NCBI GenBank assembly: GCA_016932785.1
Contig: JAFGCJ010000002.1
Coordinates: 81,777 to 145,776 of the forward strand
DNA from: Candidatus Dojkabacteria bacterium
Lineage (GTDB): Bacteria; Patescibacteriota; Dojkabacteria; SC72; JAFGCJ01
Length of the DNA: 64,000 bases
Direction: 5' to 3'
In this document: in pieces, positions 36,235 to 45,395 of the stretch
How the letters are laid out: every line of letters starts with the position of its first letter
Position numbering within the stretch: position 1 is the first letter of the stretch
The notes under the pieces: generated by a model
Seen by the model: the letters and a program-made list of their open reading frames with translations, nothing else
What the model was told of the DNA's origin: nothing
The model's database searches: none
Position numbers and translations under genes: made by a program

Positions 36235-36555
36235 CTATTTAGAAGATTCTTTCTTTGCCTTAGTTGTTTTTTCCGCTTTTTGGGGTGATTTTTCTAATAA
36301 TACATCGATATATTTTTTCCCTCTTTTATAACCAGTCATCGTTCTAAACTCTACTGTTCCATCCGCTATTGAATAAATACTGAAATCACGCCCCATTTTT
36401 ACGTTTTTACCTGGGTGATATACTGTACCTCTCTGTCTGACCAAAATATTACCGTTTCTGACTTTTTGTCCGGCAGAGGCCTTGAGCCCAAGGCGTTTTC
36501 CTGCGATATTTACTCCTTGTGCTGCTTTGCTTCCGCCACTTTTAACGTGTGCCAT
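36235..36555 (-). CDS. rpmA: Ribosomal protein L27 (with Lys-rich C-terminal extension)
   Basis: [25 protein letters not shown]...[16 protein letters not shown]. No N-terminal propeptide. Confidence 0.95.
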   Translation of the reverse strand: MAHVKSGGSKAAQGVNIAGKRLGLKASAGQKVRNGNILVRQRGTVYHPGKNVKMGRDFSIYSIADGTVEFRTMTGYKRGKKYIDVLLEKSPQKAEKTTKAKKESSK

Positions 36556-36561
36556 TTACCT

Positions 36562-37746
36562 TTAATACTCAAATATTTTAATATTTCGCCTGATAATACT
36601 ATGCGGGCGATCCCATTGCAAGGGCTGGACTGATAATTCCTGTGTTACATCGCGTAAATTTGATTTTGCTACAAAAGGCATCTCCATGTCAATCCAGTCT
36701 TGATCAGTTTTGAACCCGGGGACTACAAGAACAAGCTTTTTGGATTGTTTTTTTTCTGTATCAAGTTGGGAAATTCTTGTAATTGCGTTGTAAATTGGCT
36801 CTAACTCAGCGGTTATATCGGATATTTCTTTCAATGTCACTTTATTTCTCAGAATTGGCCCAAGATATGGTTCGGTAACTATGGACTGATAATCAATATC
36901 TTCTGGAATACCATCTTTTATGTCATGACGCATAACCTTGTAATTATTGTGTGAAATTTTGTATTCCTCACATGTCCATGAAAGATTTTCTTGTGTTTCC
37001 TCTATAGAAACGCTATCAATATCGGTTCCAATAACTTTGTATCCTAAAACTAAAGCCTCCTGAAGAACTGTTCCACTTCCACAGAAAGGATCCCAAATCG
37101 TCAGTCCTGGCTTTAGACCTGAAAGATTAACCATTATTCTAGCTAGTTTAGGCGGCAACATGCCTTTTTTCTTGTTAGTACGCGGTCTTTTGTAATCCCT
37201 TTTCGCAAAGTCTTCATAGTCTTGAACGGCAAGAGTAAAACCCCATAAATTTGTCACTCTTTTGGAGTCAAATAGTAGATATAGTTCAAATCCCTCATCC
37301 AGTATCTTGTTTTTTTCTATAAGAACTGATGATGTCTGTGCTATTCTAGGCTTTGCAACATATCTTGAGGATATTTTCTTGGTTTTTAGCCATTTTTTTA
37401 TTTCCATTCCGAGCTTCTGCTTACTGTTTATCTTCTCACGTACCATTTGCGGTTCTCCTGCCATACTTACTGCAAAGTTCAGCTTTTTATTAATTTTCTG
37501 TACTTTATCAAGAACATTTCCTTCTAGAAACTCATAGGGGTCCTCAACAACAAAGCCAAATTTAATAAAGCCGCCGAGCTTTTTAAATAAATCCAGCATG
37601 TCATCTATTGAGAGCATTATGTCGAAAGTAATGTATTCCGGAGAAGACGAAAGTTCGACGTGTTTTGTTTGAGAGGAGTTTAGAACAGATTTGAGTTCAG
37701 CAAGTGAAAGTACCCATTTTCTTCCTGGAATGAAGAAATATTTCAT
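36562..37746 (-). CDS. Class I SAM-dependent RNA methyltransferase (UPF0020 / Trm11-RlmL-like)
   Basis: Motif I DPFCGSGTVLQEA and a motif IV-like VTEPYLGP. An N-terminal domain of about 190 aa could be THUMP-like. The gene sits between rplU and rpmA. Confidence 0.55.
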   Translation of the reverse strand: MKYFFIPGRKWVLSLAELKSVLNSSQTKHVELSSSPEYITFDIMLSIDDMLDLFKKLGGFIKFGFVVEDPYEFLEGNVLDKVQKINKKLNFAVSMAGEPQMVREKINSKQKLGMEIKKWLKTKKISSRYVAKPRIAQTSSVLIEKNKILDEGFELYLLFDSKRVTNLWGFTLAVQDYEDFAKRDYKRPRTNKKKGMLPPKLARIMVNLSGLKPGLTIWDPFCGSGTVLQEALVLGYKVIGTDIDSVSIEETQENLSWTCEEYKISHNNYKVMRHDIKDGIPEDIDYQSIVTEPYLGPILRNKVTLKEISDITAELEPIYNAITRISQLDTEKKQSKKLVLVVPGFKTDQDWIDMEMPFVAKSNLRDVTQELSVQPLQWDRPHSIIRRNIKIFEY

Positions 37747-37757
37747 TAAATTATTCC

Positions 37758-38135
37758 CTATTTTTTTACTTTAGAGACTTTTTTTGATGTGGATTTCTTT
37801 GCCGTGGTAGAAGCCTTGGATGGGGATATTTTTGCTATTCTGAGTTTTGTCATTTCTTGCCTGTGACCATATGATCTTCTGTATCGTGCCTTAGCTTTAT
37901 ATTTACGAACTTGTATCTTCTTGCCCCTATACTGTTCTAGAATCTCTCCTGTAACAGTATATTTAGAAAGCGGGGAACCTATATCTAAGGATTTGTTGTC
38001 CTGACAAAGATAAACGTCTTCGATCTTAATCTTGTCACCGACTTTTCCATTAATATGGTTAATATCAATCTCGTCTCCTTCGGAGACAATATGCTGAACA
38101 CCACCTAATTCAATTACTACAAAAGCATCCTTCAT
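37758..38135 (-). CDS. rplU: Ribosomal protein L21 (with Lys-rich C-terminal extension)
   Basis: AFVVIELGGVQHIVSEGDEIDIN...GKKIQVRKYKAKARYRRSYGHRQ. Confidence 0.9.
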   Translation of the reverse strand: MKDAFVVIELGGVQHIVSEGDEIDINHINGKVGDKIKIEDVYLCQDNKSLDIGSPLSKYTVTGEILEQYRGKKIQVRKYKAKARYRRSYGHRQEMTKLRIAKISPSKASTTAKKSTSKKVSKVKK

Positions 38136-38147
38136 AGTTCAGCAATT

Positions 38148-39416
38148 CTAACTTACAATACCATCACTGTCAATAATTTCTCGGTTATTTAGGACACTTT
38201 GTACAAGCCCCAGTCCGATCATTGTCGCTAGAAGCATGCTCCCTCCGGCACTCATAAGAGGAAGCGGAACACCCGTTGCAGGCATTATTGAGAGATTCAT
38301 GCCGACATTAATCAAAAATTCAAAAAGGATCTTCAAAGCCATACCTATAGATATAGCTGATCCGTAGAGATCCCTGGTTTTGGTTGATATCATAATAATT
38401 CTGAGTATTGCAAAGCCATATAGGATAAATATTAAGATTGAACCTACAAATCCAAACTCTTCAGTAAAAGCAGCAAAAATAAAGTCTGTTTGGTGCTCTG
38501 GTAGGAACCGTAGCTTACTTTGAGTCCCATGACCAAACCCGAGACCATCGAGAAGACCGGAGCCGATAGCTATCTTTGATTGGCTTACCTGAAAACACGC
38601 CCCGGAAGGATCTGCCTCTGGATCTATAAAACAAGTAATTCTGGCTTTTTGATAGTCTCCTAGTACATGGGTCCAGGCAAATTTCGAGAGTCCTCCAATA
38701 AACAATCCCGCCAGTATTATCAAACCAATCATCAGGATGTTTTTTGGGCTTTTTATCAAGAGTGCAATTGATCCTACAAGAAGAATTGCCCCCAAAACTA
38801 TAGTTGCTGCGGAAAAGTTTGCTCCGAGAGACATATAAAATATTACTCCAGCGATAAGACTAAGCGCTACAAAAATCAGGTTTCGAAGCTGATTAGGTAG
38901 GTATGTGAGACATATTACAATTGGAATTCCAACCATTATTACTGCTGTACCGGCATCAGGTTCGAGAAAAACAAGAATTGCCGGAATTATTGAAAGAATA
39001 ATAGAAATCGAAGCAAGTAACCAGATGTTGTATTTTTTCCTTAAAGAAAGCAGAAATGCCGTAATCATAATAAGAATTATCTTGGTAAACTCTGAGATCT
39101 GAAGCTGAAAGCCTCCGATAATAATCCATCTTTTGGCCTGATTTATCTCAACACCAAAGAAAAGAAGGAGAACCAAACCAATTACGAGAATTAGATAGAT
39201 GGGAATAATAACCTGCCAGTGACCTGTATACTTGTAATTAAAGTATGTAATGACGAAATACAGAGTCAATCCGACGAGAATAAACAATAACTGACGGTTA
39301 ATTACACCCCCACCTCTTAATATTGTTTCTTCGCCAATAACTGTAGAGTAAAGCGTTGTAAGGCCAAGGGCCAGTATGAGCAAAATGTCTACAAATAACA
39401 GCCAGTCTTTTTTCAT
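38148..39416 (-). CDS. SEDS-family peptidoglycan polymerase (FtsW/RodA)
   Basis: 422 aa with about 10 TM helices. FQLQISEFTKI, TDFIFAAFTEEFGFVG and GVPLPLMSAGGS. Confidence 0.85.
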   Translation of the reverse strand: MKKDWLLFVDILLILALGLTTLYSTVIGEETILRGGGVINRQLLFILVGLTLYFVITYFNYKYTGHWQVIIPIYLILVIGLVLLLFFGVEINQAKRWIIIGGFQLQISEFTKIILIMITAFLLSLRKKYNIWLLASISIILSIIPAILVFLEPDAGTAVIMVGIPIVICLTYLPNQLRNLIFVALSLIAGVIFYMSLGANFSAATIVLGAILLVGSIALLIKSPKNILMIGLIILAGLFIGGLSKFAWTHVLGDYQKARITCFIDPEADPSGACFQVSQSKIAIGSGLLDGLGFGHGTQSKLRFLPEHQTDFIFAAFTEEFGFVGSILIFILYGFAILRIIMISTKTRDLYGSAISIGMALKILFEFLINVGMNLSIMPATGVPLPLMSAGGSMLLATMIGLGLVQSVLNNREIIDSDGIVS

Positions 39417-42310
39417 TCTTTGATTGTAGCAAATATCTTGCTCTTTGTGCTTTTCTGTTTGTTTTCTGAAGACGCAACTGATAGACCCTTCGCAAAAAGT
39501 TGGTTCAAGAAGTCTTTATTGCGCTTTTGTATTAGTTTCTTAACCTTATCTGAGTCTGTGCAAACCACAATGTCGACAAGCTCTCCCATCTTGAGACCCG
39601 CTTCCTTTCGGGCTTGCTGAATCTGTCTTACAACCTCTCTATATAAACCTTCCTGTTGAAGTTCATCGGTTAGTTTGGTGTTTATGACAACAGAGATATC
39701 TTGATCTTCTGCACCAGTATAGTTGTCGCCTTTAGGAAGTTCTTTCACAAAGACAGCTTTTTGAACATTAACCTCGTCGACCAAAATCTTCGCGAACTCT
39801 TCAGGAAGATCTTTTATCCCCTTTACCTGAATCTCCAATAGAGGCTGTCGAAGCTTAACACCCGCACTGAACCTCGCTGCAAGGCCTAGACTCGCAATGT
39901 TTTGAACTTTTGCCATATTATCCTCTAGAGTCCTGTCTTCATAGGTTTTCGAATATTCCGGGAAGTCAGTGAGATGAACAGATTCGGCCTCCTTTTCTGA
40001 TTTTAGATTTTGGTACATTTCCTCAGCAAGAAACGGAGTAAATGGCATCATCAGTCTTGTTAGATCATGCATTATGTAATAGAGAACCTCCAAAACGACC
40101 TTGTCTCCATCAGCAAACCTTTGACGGCTGCGTCTTATATACCAGGTAGAAAGATCGTTAACAAAGCTTTCTACGGATAAGGCTGAGGACATTGCATCAT
40201 AATCTTCTAGTTTCTTATCTACAGTTCGCAGCAAGGTATTAAACTTTGATAAAACCCATCTATCAAGTGTCTCTAGCTTTAACTTGTATACGTTTTTACC
40301 CGATGGCTTCCAATTATGCCTATTTGCATATGAAATAAGGTACTTGTAAACATTCCAAAGCATTAAAATAAAGTTCTTCCGGACATCATCGGTCATGTTG
40401 TATCCGAACCAAAGATCGTTTTCTGGATTGTGGCGACAAAAGGTCCATCTCATGACATCAGCGCCAATTTTCTCCACTCCATCATCAAACCAAATAGCGT
40501 TTCCAGCTGATTTGTGCATCTCATCTCCTTTTTCGTCTTTCACAAGACCGTGACCCAGAAGAGTTTTGTAAGGCTCTTTGTTTTCAAGCACTGTACTCAT
40601 TGCGATAAGAGCATAAAACCAGTTTTTAAACTGGCCTGGAAAGCATTCGGTTACAAAATCTGTAGGAAACCATTTCTTCCAGTATTCTTTATTTGTCCTA
40701 TATCCAATAGTTGAATATGGAACTATACCTGCATCAAGCCAGGGATTGCCTACGTCTCTAATTCTAGAAGCCAATTTCCCGCATTTTGGACATTTTATTT
40801 TGATTTCATCAATATATGGTCTGTGTGGAGTATGACCCTCAAATTTATCCCAACCTTCTACAGCTCTCTTTTTTAGTTCAACTTCGTCTTTTATTACCTC
40901 AAAGTGACCACATTCACATTCCCAAATAGGAAGAGCCAGTCCCCAATATCTTTTTTTGGATATACACCAGTCGTGCATATTTGTGAGCCAATCCAGTTCC
41001 CTGTCTAGACCGAATTCCGGTATCCATCTTATCTTCTTGGCAACTTCCATCATTTTGTATCTTAGCTCGTCCATCGATATGTACCATTCATCAACACATC
41101 TGAAGACAAGCTTTGATTTACATCGCCAACACATCGGATATCTGTGAGTATATTTAGCAATTTTGTACAGGGCGTCATTTTGCTTCATGAAATCGAATAA
41201 TTCCTGTGATACATCATGTGCAAATTTCCCAGTCAAAAATTCGAATCCATCAACAAAGTTACCCGCATCATCTATTGGTATTATTACAGAAAGATTTTCT
41301 TCTTTACCAAGTTGATGATCCTCGGGGCCACATCCGGGAGCTATATGAACCATTCCTGATCCTTCTTCCTCTCCTATCATGCCTTCCCATGGCACTACTT
41401 TGTACTGAGGTTTTGCTGCTTTTACAGCAGGCCAGTTCTTGAATGGATAGTCATATTCCAGGCCAACGAGGTCTTTTCCTTGAAGTGTATCAAGGACTTC
41501 ATATTCACCATCAAGAAAATTGAGAGTAGATTCAGAAAGATAAAATATCTTGTCCTTGTTTTGGACCTTTACGTAGTTGAGCTTGGGGTCAACCGCTACT
41601 GCTACATTGGCTGGAAGTGTCCAGGGAGCAGTAGTCCAGCCCATTAAGTATTCATTTTTGCGACCTTTTATTGGCACATAAAAGTAGATGGTTTCATCTT
41701 CAAGATCTATATAGTCGCCTGTCAGTATCTCGTGCTGAGATATTGCTGTTCCGCATCTGGGACACCAGGGCAATGCGTCTTTTCCCTTGTATATCCAGCC
41801 ATTTTCGTGACATTTGTTAAGAAATGTCCAGATCATATAATTATTTTCTTCAGACATGGTGTAATAACTGTTTTCCCAATCCATGAAATAACCAAGCCTC
41901 TTTGATTGCTCAGTTTGAACATTTGCCCATTTTTTTGTCCAGTCCTTACAGTCCTGAACAAATTTTGCTATTCCGTATTTCTCAATATCCTTCTTGGATT
42001 TAAATCCTTTGTCTTTTTCGACCTCGACTTCGACCCATAATCCTTGATTGTCAAATCCATTCTGAAATCTCTGCTTATATCCTTTCATATTTTTGTATCT
42101 CTGCCAGAGGTCTTTGTAGGTTCGCCCCCAAGCATGGTGTATACCCATGGGGTTGTTAGCCGTTATCGGACCGTCCATAAAAGAGAATCTCTTCTCGGAT
42201 TTGTCATTTTTTTGGAGATATTTCTTAACTGTTCCGTCTTTGTACCATTTCTTTAACCAACCCTTTTCCATTTCTGGAAAATTTGTTCTTGATTCAACAT
42301 CTTTAAACAT
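39413..42310 (-). CDS. ileS: Isoleucyl-tRNA synthetase (type 2-like)
   Basis: 965 aa. GPITANNPMGIHHAWGRT (HIGH region), KMHKSAGN (KMSKS) and Zn-binding CPRCGT / CWRC motifs. It overlaps the SEDS gene by 4 nt. Confidence 0.95.
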   Translation of the reverse strand: MFKDVESRTNFPEMEKGWLKKWYKDGTVKKYLQKNDKSEKRFSFMDGPITANNPMGIHHAWGRTYKDLWQRYKNMKGYKQRFQNGFDNQGLWVEVEVEKDKGFKSKKDIEKYGIAKFVQDCKDWTKKWANVQTEQSKRLGYFMDWENSYYTMSEENNYMIWTFLNKCHENGWIYKGKDALPWCPRCGTAISQHEILTGDYIDLEDETIYFYVPIKGRKNEYLMGWTTAPWTLPANVAVAVDPKLNYVKVQNKDKIFYLSESTLNFLDGEYEVLDTLQGKDLVGLEYDYPFKNWPAVKAAKPQYKVVPWEGMIGEEEGSGMVHIAPGCGPEDHQLGKEENLSVIIPIDDAGNFVDGFEFLTGKFAHDVSQELFDFMKQNDALYKIAKYTHRYPMCWRCKSKLVFRCVDEWYISMDELRYKMMEVAKKIRWIPEFGLDRELDWLTNMHDWCISKKRYWGLALPIWECECGHFEVIKDEVELKKRAVEGWDKFEGHTPHRPYIDEIKIKCPKCGKLASRIRDVGNPWLDAGIVPYSTIGYRTNKEYWKKWFPTDFVTECFPGQFKNWFYALIAMSTVLENKEPYKTLLGHGLVKDEKGDEMHKSAGNAIWFDDGVEKIGADVMRWTFCRHNPENDLWFGYNMTDDVRKNFILMLWNVYKYLISYANRHNWKPSGKNVYKLKLETLDRWVLSKFNTLLRTVDKKLEDYDAMSSALSVESFVNDLSTWYIRRSRQRFADGDKVVLEVLYYIMHDLTRLMMPFTPFLAEEMYQNLKSEKEAESVHLTDFPEYSKTYEDRTLEDNMAKVQNIASLGLAARFSAGVKLRQPLLEIQVKGIKDLPEEFAKILVDEVNVQKAVFVKELPKGDNYTGAEDQDISVVINTKLTDELQQEGLYREVVRQIQQARKEAGLKMGELVDIVVCTDSDKVKKLIQKRNKDFLNQLFAKGLSVASSENKQKSTKSKIFATIKE

Positions 42311-42328
42311 TATTTCTGTTGTTTTAAT

Positions 42329-42553
42329 TTATTTATGTGATTTATTATGTAGATACCACCGTCTAGCTATTTCTAAAATGAGAACAACCGCGTCGTCAGC
42401 TGAGCCCACAATTGGAGCAAATGCCTCAGGTATAAAGTCGATTGGCGAAATTATGTATATAAGCGCTAATATCGATGGCCAGTTTTCTTTCATGAAACTA
42501 CCAAACTTGGATTTCCTGTTTTTTGCATGTTGTATTTGTTGTGTTTCTTCCAT
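42329..42553 (-). CDS. DUF1232 (YkvA-like) small membrane protein
   Basis: ILALIYIISPIDFIPEAFAPIVGSADDAVVL matches the DUF1232 core (sPiDliPDfiPvlGylDD). It is the first ORF after the T-box leader, upstream of ileS. Confidence 0.7.
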   Translation of the reverse strand: MEETQQIQHAKNRKSKFGSFMKENWPSILALIYIISPIDFIPEAFAPIVGSADDAVVLILEIARRWYLHNKSHK

Positions 42554-42572
42554 TTCTAATTATTAATTAAAT

Positions 42573-42787
42573 AAAAAAACTCGTCATTACCTGCGATTTC
42601 TCACATGTAAGGACGAGTCTCCTCGCGTTACCACCTTACTTCCCCGCTAACTTATAGCGAGACTCTCAGTATTCTGCCGGAGATGGTTTTCCTACAGAAC
42701 TGGGCTTTATCGGGCCACCCGTCAGGTTCTAGAGCTTTGAGGCCTTCTTCCTGATGCTCAGGAGTGATTACTCCGTCATAGCTTTGA
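42573..42787 (-). promoter_or_regulatory. T-box riboswitch leader (tRNA-sensing transcription attenuator) of the DUF1232-ileS operon
   Basis: Minus strand carries the T-box sequence AAGGUGGUAACGCG (plus 42624-42635 plus flanks). A terminator follows: GACUCGUCCUUAC..GUAAUGACGAGU plus U7 (42573-42619). A candidate Ile specifier AUC lies at 42682-42684. Stem I was not confidently folded by eye. Confidence 0.75.
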
Positions 42788-42793
42788 AGAGAT

Positions 42794-42822
42794 ATTGTAT
42801 CAGATAAGAAAATGGCTTTCAA
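42794..42822 (-). promoter_or_regulatory. Promoter of the T-box leader
   Basis: Minus strand: TTGAAA (42822-42817), 17 nt, TACAAT (42799-42794). The -35 overlaps the stop codon of the upstream 376-aa ORF. Confidence 0.45.
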
Positions 42823-43949
42823 TTCCAAGGCGAGGAAAATAACTCGCTCCTCTTATTATCCCTTAGTAACTTAAAGTTTGCTTCCTTTCTATACATTGCA
42901 TCCGTTTGAATTGCTTTATTAACGGCAGCTATTATTTGAGCTGAATCATCTGAGCCATCAAGCTCAACAGCACTGTACTCTACTAACTGTGACAGAGATG
43001 ATGACATACGTAACTCATCGTTTAGTCGAATAATTTGACTACTCGCTACTGTCCCAAGCAGCTCTTCGACGGTAGATAGACCCCCAGAAGGAAGTACCAG
43101 AAGAACGTGATATCTTACGAATCCATCGACTGAGAAATAGTCGAGAGGATCTCCCCCAGCAGTTATTGCTGGAATACAAGAGAGTCTCCACAGAAGATAG
43201 TGGTGGTTAAACATTTTGGGAAATGTGTCCATAGATCTTAGGGCATTTTGAATCAAGTACTCATTTCTAGCTCCCGACATAAGATAAATTCTTCGTAGTA
43301 ATGTTCTACCAATGTCTCCTCTGCATGTAAGAATTGGCCTTGGTTCTTTCGGTTCTTTATCTCTCACAAGAAAATCTTTATCAGGATAAAACCTGGAGAG
43401 GTCATCTCCTCGAATCCATGCCGTTTCGAACACAGGTATATCGATTTCGCTAAAACTAAACATGCCATACTTAGTAAGACTATTCCAAAGCCTATTGGTT
43501 TGTAGCCATTCCCTCCAGAGAAAAGGTGTTCCAGAGGAATGGTCACTTTCAAATACTCCATCAAAAAGAGCAGATGTATTAACAAGTACCTCTGATAACA
43601 GTGCTACTTCTTCAACCCCCGGTGCCGCAACAATCTCTACCATGGTCCTATAATACGGGCACTGCATCTCTGGGCCAACAATGTTTTCCTCCGGAAATGG
43701 AATGTTTCGAGATACTGCCTTCTCTGTTATCCACTGTTGTTCTTGGACGAGATGCTTCAGTACATCCATTTGAGTCCAGCCTGTTGGTTGAAAATCGCTG
43801 TCAAGAAATGGAGAAGTTGCTTCATATCTTTGTTTTTCGTCCATTTGAAGCCATATGCTGCTTGCAATTCCTCTAGCTTCATAAAAACCTTCTTGAGATA
43901 ATCCTGGATTGGCCATTTGTCTAATAGAAGAATCAAAATTTACTTCCAA
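42819..43949 (-). CDS. Hypothetical cytoplasmic protein (376 aa), no recognisable domain
   Basis: Long uninterrupted ORF (TTG start; internal MANPGLS.. is an alternative). No TM helix or signal peptide. It sits between yggU/ftsZ and the ileS leader. Confidence 0.6.
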   Translation of the reverse strand: MEVNFDSSIRQMANPGLSQEGFYEARGIASSIWLQMDEKQRYEATSPFLDSDFQPTGWTQMDVLKHLVQEQQWITEKAVSRNIPFPEENIVGPEMQCPYYRTMVEIVAAPGVEEVALLSEVLVNTSALFDGVFESDHSSGTPFLWREWLQTNRLWNSLTKYGMFSFSEIDIPVFETAWIRGDDLSRFYPDKDFLVRDKEPKEPRPILTCRGDIGRTLLRRIYLMSGARNEYLIQNALRSMDTFPKMFNHHYLLWRLSCIPAITAGGDPLDYFSVDGFVRYHVLLVLPSGGLSTVEELLGTVASSQIIRLNDELRMSSSLSQLVEYSAVELDGSDDSAQIIAAVNKAIQTDAMYRKEANFKLLRDNKRSELFSSPWN

Positions 43950-43996
43950 ATTGATTATAGACTACCGGGAAACCTATAGGCAAATACTAGATCTGA

Positions 43997-44218
43997 TTAT
44001 GTGAGAGTTTCCACAAGTTTAATTCGTTTACTTTGTCCGTGCTTTATACTTATAGAAGATTTCTTTGTACTATAATAGTCGGCAAGTAATGCTATTAGTT
44101 CGTCATTAGCTTTGCCTTTCTCTGGCGCGCTTACAACACGAACTACAAGAGAATCATTATCTCTTGTTTCTACAGAAGACTTCTTGGATCTTGGAATAAC
44201 TTTGACTTTTACAATCAT
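43997..44218 (-). CDS. DUF167 (YggU-family) protein
   Basis: 73 aa. [12 protein letters not shown]...[26 protein letters not shown] fits YggU/DUF167. It overlaps the ftsZ stop by 4 nt. Confidence 0.75.
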   Translation of the reverse strand: MIVKVKVIPRSKKSSVETRDNDSLVVRVVSAPEKGKANDELIALLADYYSTKKSSISIKHGQSKRIKLVETLT

Positions 44219-45378
44219 TGACCTGGTGCTCTTCTCAGAAATGCAGGCACCTCAAGATCATCTTCATTCCCATCGATCTCTGGGGTATCTGGCATTACAG
44301 CTTTGGGCTTTTTCTCAGACTGAGAAGACACAGTTGTAACTTCTTCATCTATAGCCTTAGAAACCTGATCGTCACTTGCTTGTTTCTGTTGTTGAGGTCT
44401 TCTAGCAGTAGGAATAACTTGCTCATTGGCACCAAATCCTGTCGCGAGTACAGTAATCTGGATCTCGTCCGTCATTTCTTCATCGATTGTAGCACCGAAA
44501 ATAATATTTGCAGCCGGATCTACAACATCATGAATCATATTTGAAGCCTCATCAACCTCACGCATTGTTAGATCCATCCCTCCGATTACATTCAATAAGA
44601 CTCCAGTAGCACCATCGATGGACATTTCAAGAAGCGGGCTGTTAATTGCCTCCTTGGCTGCTTCCTCAGATCTGTTCTCGCCACTTGCTCTACCAATTCC
44701 CATTAATGCTGATCCTGAATCTGACATCACAGCCTTTACGTCAGCAAAGTCGACATTTATCAAACCGGATTGAGTGACAAGACTTGAAATACTTTTAACA
44801 CCCTGCGAAAGAACTTCGTCCACCTGTCTCATTGCCTCAAGGAAGGAAATGTTTTTATCAATAATTTCCAGTAATCTCTGGTTTGGAACAACAATTAGAG
44901 TATCTACTTTGTCTTTAAGATCATCTATTCCTTTTAAAGCAATATCCATTCTTCTCTTACCCTCGAAATGGAATGGTTTTGTTACCACGGCGACAGTAAG
45001 AGCTCCAAGATTCTTAGCAATTGAGGCTATTACTGGCGTGGCTCCAGTACCGGTTCCTCCACCCATACCACACGTTAAAAACACCATATCTGCACCTTGC
45101 AGGTGCTCGTGGATTGCATCTACACTTTCTTCTGCAGCCTGACCTCCTAAAACTGGATCTCCGCCAACTCCAAGACCTCTGGTGAGCTCCTGACCTATCT
45201 GTAGCTGTACCGGTGCCAATGAATTCTTTAAAGCCTGGGCATCTGTGTTTATTGAGATGAACTCAACTCCTTCAATATTGTAGTGCGAAATCATAGTATT
45301 GACTGCATTTCCGCCGCCGCCACCGACACCTACAACTTTAATCTTGGCAATAATATCTGTTGTTGGCTTTACAAGCAT
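44215..45378 (-). CDS. ftsZ: Cell division GTPase FtsZ
   Basis: [15 protein letters not shown], the tubulin signature [20 protein letters not shown], and a C-terminal conserved peptide [11 protein letters not shown]. Confidence 0.95.
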   Translation of the reverse strand: MLVKPTTDIIAKIKVVGVGGGGGNAVNTMISHYNIEGVEFISINTDAQALKNSLAPVQLQIGQELTRGLGVGGDPVLGGQAAEESVDAIHEHLQGADMVFLTCGMGGGTGTGATPVIASIAKNLGALTVAVVTKPFHFEGKRRMDIALKGIDDLKDKVDTLIVVPNQRLLEIIDKNISFLEAMRQVDEVLSQGVKSISSLVTQSGLINVDFADVKAVMSDSGSALMGIGRASGENRSEEAAKEAINSPLLEMSIDGATGVLLNVIGGMDLTMREVDEASNMIHDVVDPAANIIFGATIDEEMTDEIQITVLATGFGANEQVIPTARRPQQQKQASDDQVSKAIDEEVTTVSSQSEKKPKAVMPDTPEIDGNEDDLEVPAFLRRAPGQ

Positions 45379-45395
45379 TAAATAAACCTAAAATA

